Origin: a virus
Taxonomy: Duplodnaviria; Caudoviricetes
Length of the DNA stretch: 56,725 nt
Reading direction: 5' to 3' (one strand)
Virus record (IMG/VR): IMGVR_UViG_3300020468_000008
Location: 1 to 56,725 of that record
Each line of letters starts with the position of its first letter. Position 1 is the first letter of the stretch. Under the pieces are notes generated by a model. It saw only the letters and a list, made by a program, of their open reading frames with translations. It did not search any database and was not told the DNA's origin. The position numbers and the translations under genes are program-made. Below, piece after piece: positions 48,278 to 56,725 of the stretch.

Positions 48278-48589
48278 ATGGCACACTACGCAAAAGTAAA
48301 AAATGGAATAGTAGAGACTGTAATTGTAGCAGAGGCAGAGTTTTTTGAAACTTTTGTTGATAATTCTCCAGGTGAGTGGATTCAAACATCCTATAATACA
48401 CGTGGAGGAATACACTACGATCCTGTAACTGGAGAGCCTAGCGAAGATCAAAGCAAAGCTTTGCGAAAAAATTATGCAACTCCGGGAGGCTCTTATAATA
48501 AAGAAGCGGATGTATTTTATCATCCCCAGCCCGGAGCAGATTGGACACTAGATACTACTACGTACCTGTGGAAGGCCCCAGAGGAGTAA
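48278..48589 (+). CDS. small partner/chaperone-like protein after the glycine-rich gene
   Basis: MAHYAKV..GIV..VIV, WIQTSYN, LRKNYA, WTLD..TYLWKAP; pattern I associate with marine phage fibre regions. Confidence 0.6.
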   Translation: MAHYAKVKNGIVETVIVAEAEFFETFVDNSPGEWIQTSYNTRGGIHYDPVTGEPSEDQSKALRKNYATPGGSYNKEADVFYHPQPGADWTLDTTTYLWKAPEE

Positions 48590-48592
48590 AGA

Positions 48593-51133
48593 ATGACAGC
48601 GTTAAACTTTCCAGACAGTCCTAGCAATGGTGATACATACCAAGGGTATACGTACAATAGTACAAAAACTGCTTGGGCTAAACCAGATACTCCAGATCCT
48701 GATGCAAGAACCGCAGTATACGCAAACATTGCAGCACTGCCTACAAGTGGCACTGCTGGTGATATGGCATATGTAACTGCCACAAATCGACTTTATTTGT
48801 GGAATGGTTCAGGCTGGTACAATATTGCACTTATTAATACTACCCCTTCAATCTCTGGAGTAAGTGCTACTTACAACTTGGCAATTGATGGCACTGCCAC
48901 AACTGTAACGATTACAGCTTCTGACCCAGAAGGGCTGCCAATTACATACAGCATTGTTTCTGATACTTCTGGAAATACTGCGACAGTAACGCAAGGTACG
49001 GGTGCAAGTACAAATGTATTTACAATTACTCCTTCAACAAATACGGCTCATGCAGGAACTTTCTCGCTTACTTTCCGTGCTTCAGATGGTGTAAATATTG
49101 CATCGTCGGCAGCATCGTTTACGCTTGTGTTTAGTGTACAAAATCAAAAATATACAACTGCTTTGTTTACTTCAGTAGGTGCAAATAATGCTACAAATGC
49201 CTCATTTGATGATAAGTCTACTAGCAATCATACAATTTTAGCAGGGGGAGAGGCTCATCAAACTACATTTAGTCCTTATCGACATGGAGGGCACTCTGTA
49301 TATTTAGATGGAGACGATGCAATAGGTGTAGGAGTTGGCTCCTATGCATTGGATTGGAGTAATGGACAAACTTGGACAGTTGAATTCTGGATGAAAAGAC
49401 AAGGTAGAAATCCAGACGGACACCTATTTATGAAGTATCCTGGAAGTGGTTCAAATATTAGCGGTATACGTGCGTATGTAAGCGGAAGTGAAGGAAGAAT
49501 TGGACTTCACTACAATAGTGGTACAGAGTTGACCACTGCTGGTACTAGAGCAGATATTGCAGATGGAGACTGGCATCATGTTGCAGTAACTCGTGGAAGC
49601 GGATATTTTAAAATCTGGGTGGATGGCCAACTAGATGCAACGGTCAGTAATTCAGATGCAGATGGCATGGCTAGTAGTAGTAGCTGGGCAATTGGACGGC
49701 ATGGAAGTGGAACTGCAAGTTCTTATTTAAAAGATACTCTTCTTCGAGATTTTCGAATTGTAGGAAGTGAAGTATATACATCAAACTTTACTGCTCCTAC
49801 CGAAACTTTAACAGCGATATCAGGAACTCAAGTACTTATAGCAAATAATTTGCCATACTTAAAAGATTCAAGTAGTAATGCAACTCCTTTGACTTATTAT
49901 GGGGATCCTTCGATTGAAGGAGCAGGGCCGTTTGATAAGCTAGAATACACAGCAGCAACGCATTTAGGATCTGCACATTTTGATAGTAGCGGCGATTATT
50001 TAATGGCTCCCTCTGGTACTATATCAAGTCAAAATAACAGTGCTGATTTTAATTTTTCAAGCGGAGCATGGACATGGGAGGCTTGGATATATCCTTCAAG
50101 TTTGACAAGTCCTGCATCTCCTCATGTATTTACATCTCGTTATAATGGTACTTATAGAAGCTCTTTTTACTATAATTCTAGCGCCAGTCAACTTACGTAT
50201 TGGTCAAACGGCAGTGCAAGAATATCAGGCCCTGCATTAAATCAAAATCAGTGGTACCATGTAGCTTTATCTTCTGACGGCACAACAACAACTATGTGGG
50301 TAAATGGAGAATCTAAAGGAACTACTACTCATATGCAATCAAATTATGATCAAACAATGTATGTGGGAGCTGCAGCAGGGGCGAGTCTAGAGACTGCAGG
50401 GTACTGGAACGGAAACATTACAGATGCTCGCGTAGTAAAAGGAACTCAAGTATACACAAGTAATTTTACTCCTCCAGCAGCACCTCTCACGGCAGTTACA
50501 AATACAAAACTACTTATACAAAATACTGATGGAGGTATCATTGATAGGTCTCAAGGACAACGGCGAATAAAGTTAATAGGAGATGTAAAATCTTCTACTA
50601 CTCAAAATAAATTTTTAAGCTCTTCAATAAAGTTTGATGATAACGGTGATTACATACTTTTAAAGCCTGGACAAACCTTTTGTTTTGGCACTAAAGATTT
50701 TACAGTAGAATACTGGATTTATTATAATGCGATAGGAAACTATGATTATGTATATGATGGTAGAAATAGTAGCCAAACTACAGGGTCTTGGAGTGTAGCT
50801 CATGGTTACGGTGGAGGAAATGCCACGATACTTCAGTGGGCAAGTGGAGGTGGCGCAGTTCTTACTGCCGCCAGTAATCCGTCTACAAATCAATGGGTGC
50901 ATGTTGCATTCTGCAGAAGTGGCTCAACCTTAAAACTATTCTATGATGGGACTGAAAACCAAAGTGTTACAGATACTACAAACTACTCTACAAATCTTAC
51001 TCATTCTTACTTTGGATGTAGACACAGTGTCGAACATTATTTAAATGCATACCTAAGTGATTTTCGAGTAACAAACGGCCTCGCAAGATACACAGCTAAT
51101 TTCACAGCCCCAACGGCAGCATTAAAGGGATAA
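48593..51133 (+). CDS. virion protein with three LamG/concanavalin A-like domains
   Basis: Three (W/F)T(V/W)ExW...WxHVA...D(F/A)R(I/V)...YTxNFT units after NFP and Ig-like modules. Confidence 0.8.
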   Translation: MTALNFPDSPSNGDTYQGYTYNSTKTAWAKPDTPDPDARTAVYANIAALPTSGTAGDMAYVTATNRLYLWNGSGWYNIALINTTPSISGVSATYNLAIDGTATTVTITASDPEGLPITYSIVSDTSGNTATVTQGTGASTNVFTITPSTNTAHAGTFSLTFRASDGVNIASSAASFTLVFSVQNQKYTTALFTSVGANNATNASFDDKSTSNHTILAGGEAHQTTFSPYRHGGHSVYLDGDDAIGVGVGSYALDWSNGQTWTVEFWMKRQGRNPDGHLFMKYPGSGSNISGIRAYVSGSEGRIGLHYNSGTELTTAGTRADIADGDWHHVAVTRGSGYFKIWVDGQLDATVSNSDADGMASSSSWAIGRHGSGTASSYLKDTLLRDFRIVGSEVYTSNFTAPTETLTAISGTQVLIANNLPYLKDSSSNATPLTYYGDPSIEGAGPFDKLEYTAATHLGSAHFDSSGDYLMAPSGTISSQNNSADFNFSSGAWTWEAWIYPSSLTSPASPHVFTSRYNGTYRSSFYYNSSASQLTYWSNGSARISGPALNQNQWYHVALSSDGTTTTMWVNGESKGTTTHMQSNYDQTMYVGAAAGASLETAGYWNGNITDARVVKGTQVYTSNFTPPAAPLTAVTNTKLLIQNTDGGIIDRSQGQRRIKLIGDVKSSTTQNKFLSSSIKFDDNGDYILLKPGQTFCFGTKDFTVEYWIYYNAIGNYDYVYDGRNSSQTTGSWSVAHGYGGGNATILQWASGGGAVLTAASNPSTNQWVHVAFCRSGSTLKLFYDGTENQSVTDTTNYSTNLTHSYFGCRHSVEHYLNAYLSDFRVTNGLARYTANFTAPTAALKG

Positions 51134-51137
51134 TACA

Positions 51138-53960
51138 ATGGCAGTAGTAAATTTACCAGATAGTCCAGCTAACGGTACTACACAGACTGTTAATGGAATT
51201 ACTTATACTTACAACTCTAGTAAGGGATACTGGACGACCGCGAGTTCCGGCGGAGGCGGTGGAGGCGGTGCTTCGGTAACTACAAGTGATTCGGCTCCTT
51301 CTAGCCCTTCAGATGGTGACTTATGGTACGATACTGATGATGGTGGTATGTTTGTATACTACTCAGATGGAACTTCAAATCAATGGGTAGAAGTGATAGG
51401 GACGCAAGGAGCCCAAGGAACTTTAAGTACTAGTGACTCGGCCCCTTCTAGTCCTTCGGATGGAGATCTTTGGTATGATACTGATGACGGAGGATTATTT
51501 ATATACTATGCAGACGGTTCTTCAAATCAGTGGGTAGAGGTAGTGGGCCAAACTGGAGCTACAGGTCCTCAAGGCTCGGCAGGAGCCGCAGGAGCAACAA
51601 CAATTGTAGCAAATACAACAGCGCTGCTAGCAATTTCTTCTCCCTCTACAGGAGAAATGGTATATGTAACTGGAAATAGTACTCTATACTTCTACAATGG
51701 TAGCGGGTGGTATAAAATTGCACTTATCAATACAACTCCTTCTATATCAGGAGCAAACTCTACTTATAATCTTGCAACTGATGGATCAGCAACTACGGTA
51801 ACTATTGTAGCTTCGGATCCAGAAGGATTGCCAATTACTTATAGTATCGCTTCTGATACATCAGGAAATATCGCTACCGTGGCTCAAGGTACTGGAGCAA
51901 GTACAAATGTATGGACAATTACTCCTTCAACGAATACATCTCATTTTGGTACGTTTAGTCTTACGTTCCGAGCATCAGACGGTGTAAACTTTGCAACAGC
52001 AGCGTCGAGTTTTACATTAGCATTTGCTATACAGAATAGTAACTATACAACTGCATTAATTACTTCCGTAGGAGCAAATAACGCTGTAAATAATTCTTTT
52101 GATGATAAGTCCGCTTCAAACCATACACTAACCCCCGCAAATCAGGCGCATCAAACTACTTTTAGTCCTTATCGACAAGGTGGATATTCAACTTACTTTG
52201 ATGGTGCTACGGATTATTTAACAATTGCAGATTCAGCAGAACATGATTTTGGTACAGGAAATTTTACTGCAGAGTTTTGGTGGTGGCCCGAAACTGTTAC
52301 AGGAAATCCTAGTGGATATCATATTGCAATTAGTAGTCTTTCTGCGAGCGGAACTCAAATAGGATACGACGAAGGAACTAGAAAATTATATTTTTATAAC
52401 GCTACAAATATTATACAAAATACTTCTGCTACACCAAATGTCAAAGCTTGGAATCATATAGCAGTAAGTAGATCAGGAACAACTGTTAGTTTATATTTAA
52501 ACGGCACTCGAGTGGGAACAGCAACTCATAGTGCCGGAGTAGATTTTAGTACTTTAAGTATTGGAAGATATAACTCTGGTAGTTATGAAATTGATGGATA
52601 TCTTCGAGATGTACGATTTGTAAAAGGAACTGCTGTTTATGATCCTGCACAAACATCTTTAACAGTTCCAGATGAGCCTCTTACAGCGATAACAAATACA
52701 ACACTTCTTACTTGTCATCTGCCATATATAGCAGATGGCTCGACTACAGGACATACTATAACTGTAAATGGAAATGTATCTACAAAACCCTTTACTCCTT
52801 TTGACTATGAAACATATAGTGTTGCGGCTAATTCTGGATCTATGTGTTTAGATGGAACAACCGATAGAGTAAGCGCTGCTGCTAGCACAGATTTTGGTTT
52901 TGGAACAGGAGACTTTACAGTAGAATGGTGGATTTATTTTAATTCTATTACAAATTATGAATACCATATTGATATGAGATCAGCAGACAATGATACTCCA
53001 TTATCAATTTTTACAAGAACAAACTTACAAAATCAAATCGGAGTATATGTAAGTAATTCAACTATAGCGTCCGGAACATATAGCTTTAAACCTGGTATTT
53101 GGACTCATTATGCGATTTGTAAGACTGGAGGATATCTAAAAGGATATTTCGATGGTAAAGAAGACTTTTCTATATCTTGTACAAGGGACTATGGAACGAG
53201 TGAAACTATAAGTATTGGATCAGTTTATGGAAATAATAACTATTATGTAAACGGTAATATGGCAGATGTTCGTATAGTAAAAGGCACAGCAGTTTATACC
53301 TCTGCATTTACTCCACCAACTGCCCCACTCACAGCAGTTACAAATACAAAACTACTCGTACAGAGCACAGATGCAGGCATTATTGATAAGGCTCAAGTAG
53401 CCCAGCAAGTAAAGTTATTTGCAGATGCTAAGTCTTCTACAACTTATACAAAGTTTTTAACTTCTTCTATGAAATTTGATGGCACCGGAGACTACTTAGA
53501 GACAGGACCACATGATTTTCTTATGGACGGTGATTTCACTTTTGAATTTTGGATATATCCAGTTGGTACTCAAGTTGCATACTGTGCAGTAATGTGGGGC
53601 ACCACACAGAGTGACCCAGGTATTTTCTTAGCGTATGATGCGAGTGCTGCAAATTTTAGATTTACAAATTGGAGTGCAACTCCACTTACTTCTTCTGGAA
53701 TTCCAACTGCGGGGCAGTGGACTCACGTAGCAATAGTAAGAAACGGAACAGGATCAAACAATTTAAAAATATACTATGATGGTACTATGAATGCTCAAGC
53801 TACAAATACAGCTACTCATGGGCGTAATGAAAAATATCATATAGGAGCAGGTGCGGGAGGCTATGGTTTTAATGGGTACTTATCAGATTTTCGCGTAACA
53901 AAAGGTTTAGCAAGATACACAAGTAATTTCACAGCGCCGACAGCGGCTTTAGAGGGATAA
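51138..53960 (+). CDS. virion protein with three LamG/concanavalin A-like domains (paralog of 48593..51133)
   Basis: Same architecture plus two APSSPSDGDLWYD modules. Confidence 0.8.
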   Translation: MAVVNLPDSPANGTTQTVNGITYTYNSSKGYWTTASSGGGGGGGASVTTSDSAPSSPSDGDLWYDTDDGGMFVYYSDGTSNQWVEVIGTQGAQGTLSTSDSAPSSPSDGDLWYDTDDGGLFIYYADGSSNQWVEVVGQTGATGPQGSAGAAGATTIVANTTALLAISSPSTGEMVYVTGNSTLYFYNGSGWYKIALINTTPSISGANSTYNLATDGSATTVTIVASDPEGLPITYSIASDTSGNIATVAQGTGASTNVWTITPSTNTSHFGTFSLTFRASDGVNFATAASSFTLAFAIQNSNYTTALITSVGANNAVNNSFDDKSASNHTLTPANQAHQTTFSPYRQGGYSTYFDGATDYLTIADSAEHDFGTGNFTAEFWWWPETVTGNPSGYHIAISSLSASGTQIGYDEGTRKLYFYNATNIIQNTSATPNVKAWNHIAVSRSGTTVSLYLNGTRVGTATHSAGVDFSTLSIGRYNSGSYEIDGYLRDVRFVKGTAVYDPAQTSLTVPDEPLTAITNTTLLTCHLPYIADGSTTGHTITVNGNVSTKPFTPFDYETYSVAANSGSMCLDGTTDRVSAAASTDFGFGTGDFTVEWWIYFNSITNYEYHIDMRSADNDTPLSIFTRTNLQNQIGVYVSNSTIASGTYSFKPGIWTHYAICKTGGYLKGYFDGKEDFSISCTRDYGTSETISIGSVYGNNNYYVNGNMADVRIVKGTAVYTSAFTPPTAPLTAVTNTKLLVQSTDAGIIDKAQVAQQVKLFADAKSSTTYTKFLTSSMKFDGTGDYLETGPHDFLMDGDFTFEFWIYPVGTQVAYCAVMWGTTQSDPGIFLAYDASAANFRFTNWSATPLTSSGIPTAGQWTHVAIVRNGTGSNNLKIYYDGTMNAQATNTATHGRNEKYHIGAGAGGYGFNGYLSDFRVTKGLARYTSNFTAPTAALEG

Positions 53961-53963
53961 ACA

Positions 53964-55349
53964 ATGGCAACTAACTTTCCAGATAGTCCGTCAAACGGCG
54001 CCACACATACGTTTGGAGGGACTACTTATACTTACAATTCTACAAAAGGTGTGTGGACAGCTCCTGCAGGAAATACTCTAACAGGATTAACAGATACTCC
54101 TGCTAACTTTAGTGGTGCAGGAGGAAAAACTTTAAAAGTAAACTCCGGAGCGACTGCGGTTGAGTTTGTAACGGTAGGTGCTGCAGGAGCAGGAGAAACT
54201 CCAATTATTTATACGGAACCGCCTACTACTCATGCGCTAAATGTAGATGGAAGCACTAGTACAGTTCAGATGCAAGCCTATGACCCGGAAGGAACAGCCA
54301 TTACATATGGAATTGCATATGCAAATTCTACAAATGCTCGTCCTTCTCAGCTTGCGGCAGATACAACTATTAATCAGACTACGGGTACATTTACATTCGA
54401 TCCTAGTAGCACAAATTCAGATGCAGGAAGTTTTAAAGCTCGATTAAGCGCGTCGGATGGAATTACAAGTTCTACTCGTTTTGTAAATTTTAATCTTACT
54501 TTTAATCATACTTTGCACTGGCTTGTAATCGCCGGCGGGGGTGGTGGTGGTTCTACACTTCCTGCATATGCAAATGGTGGTGGTGGAGGTGCCGGGGGTT
54601 ATCGCGCTTCTTGGAACAATGAGGCTTCTGGTGGAGGAGGCTCTGCAGAGGCAGCAATCGTAGGAAGTCCTGGCAATGTATATACAATTACAGTAGGAGC
54701 AGGAGGAAACGGAGCAAGCTCTTCAGCGGTTGGAACAGATGGAGCAGATAGCTCACTAGCAAGAACTACTGGAGCATCAATGACCACAATTACATCAGTG
54801 GGAGGAGGTGCAGGAGGCTTCGCGAGTGGAAGTGCTGGACGTAATGGTGGTTCCGGTGGTGGTGCTAACCATTATCAAGGTACAGCAGGAACTGGAACTG
54901 CAAACCAAGGTTATGCCGGAGGTACTGCAGGAGGCGCGCCTTATGGAGGTGGTGGTGGTGGTGGTGCTGGAGGTGTCGGCGAAAACCAAAATTCCGGAGA
55001 TACTGTAGGCGGTGATGGTGGTGTAGGAGTGGTTTCTACAATCACTGGATCTTCTGTTGAAAGAGCTGGTGGTGGAGGTGCTGCTTCGGCAGGTACAGCT
55101 AGCGGTGGCGGTGGTGCTGGTGCAACCTCTCCAGGAAATGGTACTGCAGGTACTGCAAATACTGGAGGCGGTGGTGGTGCTGGAGGTATTACTGGAGGTC
55201 AAAGTGTTACAGGTGCTGCTGGAGGTAGCGGTGTAGTTATTATTCGAACTTCTATTGCAGCACAATCTACAACAGGTTCTCCTACTATTACTACAGTTGG
55301 TTCTGATACTGTATACCAATTTAATGCTAATGGAACAATTACTTTCTAA
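53964..55349 (+). CDS. virion adhesin-like protein: NFP module, Ig-like module, glycine-rich domain
   Basis: MATNFPDSPSNG; AYDPEG..ASDG; WLVIAGGGGGG...GGSGVVIIR. Confidence 0.7.
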   Translation: MATNFPDSPSNGATHTFGGTTYTYNSTKGVWTAPAGNTLTGLTDTPANFSGAGGKTLKVNSGATAVEFVTVGAAGAGETPIIYTEPPTTHALNVDGSTSTVQMQAYDPEGTAITYGIAYANSTNARPSQLAADTTINQTTGTFTFDPSSTNSDAGSFKARLSASDGITSSTRFVNFNLTFNHTLHWLVIAGGGGGGSTLPAYANGGGGGAGGYRASWNNEASGGGGSAEAAIVGSPGNVYTITVGAGGNGASSSAVGTDGADSSLARTTGASMTTITSVGGGAGGFASGSAGRNGGSGGGANHYQGTAGTGTANQGYAGGTAGGAPYGGGGGGGAGGVGENQNSGDTVGGDGGVGVVSTITGSSVERAGGGGAASAGTASGGGGAGATSPGNGTAGTANTGGGGGAGGITGGQSVTGAAGGSGVVIIRTSIAAQSTTGSPTITTVGSDTVYQFNANGTITF

Positions 55350-55378
55350 TAAAAAAGGGGCTTAGAGCCCCTTTATTT
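55350..55378. terminator. bidirectional rho-independent terminator between convergent units
   Basis: AAAAAAGGGGCT-TAG-AGCCCCTTTATTT. Confidence 0.85.
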
Positions 55379-55601
55379 CTTCTTGAAGTGCCATTGTGAA
55401 TCCACGTATTGCCATTTCAAGTCTTTGTACTTTTAAATTTTCTTGCTCTAATTGTTCTTGTAAATCTTGAATTTGAGCAAGATAAGATATAGCATTATCT
55501 GAAAGTTCTGGAGCTTCTTCTACTGATCCTCCCTCATTCTCCCATTCATTTTCAGGCAAAAGCTCAATACTGTCATTCTTCTGATTCGGAGATTTTGTCA
55601 T
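55362..55601 (-). CDS. small acidic coiled-coil protein
   Basis: YLAQIQDLQEQL...LEMAIRGF; similar to the neighbouring gene. Confidence 0.65.
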   Translation of the reverse strand: MTKSPNQKNDSIELLPENEWENEGGSVEEAPELSDNAISYLAQIQDLQEQLEQENLKVQRLEMAIRGFTMALQEEIKGL

Positions 55602-55836
55602 CGCCTACCTCATCTGTTTGAACTCTATTTTGTGCTTCTATTTCAACTTTTAGTAAACTAATAAAACCTGCTCTAGCAACTTCTGCTTGATGCATTTTTG
55701 CTTTTAATTGAGTCATTTGTGCATTTAAATCCTGCACTTGATCTATATAATATTTAGAATTATAATTTAGTTTTTCAATCTCATGCTCTTCTCCGTCTAA
55801 GACAAGAGTAGGATTGTCTGGGTTAATAATTTGCAT
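55573..55836 (-). CDS. small coiled-coil protein
   Basis: RBS AGGAG on - strand; LVLDGEEHEIEKL...YIDQVQDLNAQM...AEVARAGF. Confidence 0.7.
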   Translation of the reverse strand: MQIINPDNPTLVLDGEEHEIEKLNYNSKYYIDQVQDLNAQMTQLKAKMHQAEVARAGFISLLKVEIEAQNRVQTDEVGDDKISESEE

Positions 55837-55844
55837 TGGCTCTC

Positions 55845-56725
55845 CTATTTAAAAATATCTTGCCAGTTTCCGGTAGTGCTAGCACGAGCATACTCGGTAG
55901 CACGATTTTCAAAAAAGTTTGTATGTTCTACTGCATTTAGCATATAATCTAGCCAAGGTAATGGATTATCTTCACTATGAAAAATCTTTTTCATACCAAG
56001 ACCTAAAAGTCTTCGGTCTGCAATATATCGAATATATTCCTTAACTTCTTCGGGAGTGAGATCTGGAACATCTGCATCTTCAAAACAAAGATCAATAAAA
56101 GCATCTTCAAGTTCTACTGTACGCTCTGCTGCACAATAAATTTCATACTTAAGATCATCGTTCCATAAATCTGGATTTTCTGCAATAAATGTACGAAATA
56201 ATTGTGACATTCCTTGTACATGTAGAGTTTCATCTCGTACAGACCAAGTAACAATTTGACCCATTCCTTTCATAAGATTATGTCTTGGAAAGTTTAAAAG
56301 TATTGCAAAACTACTAAATAATTGTACGCCCTCTGTAAATCCAGAGTAAATAGCCATAGTTTTTGCAATATTCATATCAGTGTCCATACCAAAGTTTGAT
56401 AGATGTTCGTGCTTATCCATCATAGCTTTATGTTTCATGAACTTTTTATACTCATCGTCTCGAAACCCAAGAGTCTCTAATAGTAATGAGTATGCTTCTT
56501 GATGTACTGCTTCCATTGCTGCAAAAGCAGACAACATCATTCTAACTTCAGGTTGTTTAAAAGTAGGCAAGTAGTGAGTTGCATAACCACAACATACATC
56601 TACATCTGCTTGTGTAAAGAAACGAAAAATTTGATTTATAAGTTTCTTATTGCCTGGAGTTAGTTTCTCTCGATAATCTTTTAAATCATCCGCAAGATTG
56701 ACTTCATCAGGAAGCCAATGCATAT
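55845..56725 (-). CDS. nrdB: ribonucleotide reductase class Ia beta subunit, 5' end outside the window
   Basis: HWLPDEV, FFTQADVDV, MEAVHQEAY (radical Tyr), TEGVQLFSSF, RDETLH, HTNFFENRATEY. Confidence 0.95.
   Translation of the reverse strand, partial: MHWLPDEVNLADDLKDYREKLTPGNKKLINQIFRFFTQADVDVCCGYATHYLPTFKQPEVRMMLSAFAAMEAVHQEAYSLLLETLGFRDDEYKKFMKHKAMMDKHEHLSNFGMDTDMNIAKTMAIYSGFTEGVQLFSSFAILLNFPRHNLMKGMGQIVTWSVRDETLHVQGMSQLFRTFIAENPDLWNDDLKYEIYCAAERTVELEDAFIDLCFEDADVPDLTPEEVKEYIRYIADRRLLGLGMKKIFHSEDNPLPWLDYMLNAVEHTNFFENRATEYARASTTGNWQDIFK

Noticed and set aside
48593-53960. Possible diversity-generating retroelement TR/VR pair among paralogous gene ends
   Set aside because: No reverse transcriptase in the window; both copies are coding and differ at all base types, mostly synonymously, not only at adenines.
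10224-55319. Long antisense or alternate-frame ORFs inside structural genes (e.g. 10224..10793, 15652..16170, 31023..31484, 54795..55319)
   Set aside because: Fully nested in well-supported + strand genes, no recognisable motifs, composition mirrors the sense codon bias.

Overview
The window is the late (morphogenesis) region of a large, AT-rich, T5-like siphovirus, probably marine and infecting a Gram-negative host. The + strand runs: cluster of tiny Lys/Arg-rich proteins, candidate lysis genes (EF-hand holin-like protein, DUF1353-like protein, i-/o-spanin), terminase large subunit, HNH nicking-type endonuclease, portal, fused prohead protease-major capsid gene, head/tail completion proteins, tail terminator, tail tube, frameshifted tail chaperones, tape measure, a lambda-like M/L/K/I/J tail tip (2668-aa J-like fibre), and about 25 kb of modular fibre/adhesin genes. 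It ends at a bidirectional terminator facing two small genes and a partial nrdB on the - strand. The most striking element is missing from the ORF track: a glnA-type (glutamine-I) riboswitch-like RNA at 776-820. It sits just upstream of a strong RBS and an 18-aa peptide with a YRG motif (MSCQTFIYRGVKYTKPKK, DUF4278/GS-inactivating-factor-like), inside the basic-protein cluster ahead of the lysis and packaging genes. All family assignments come from motif recognition and gene order; no database searches were run.
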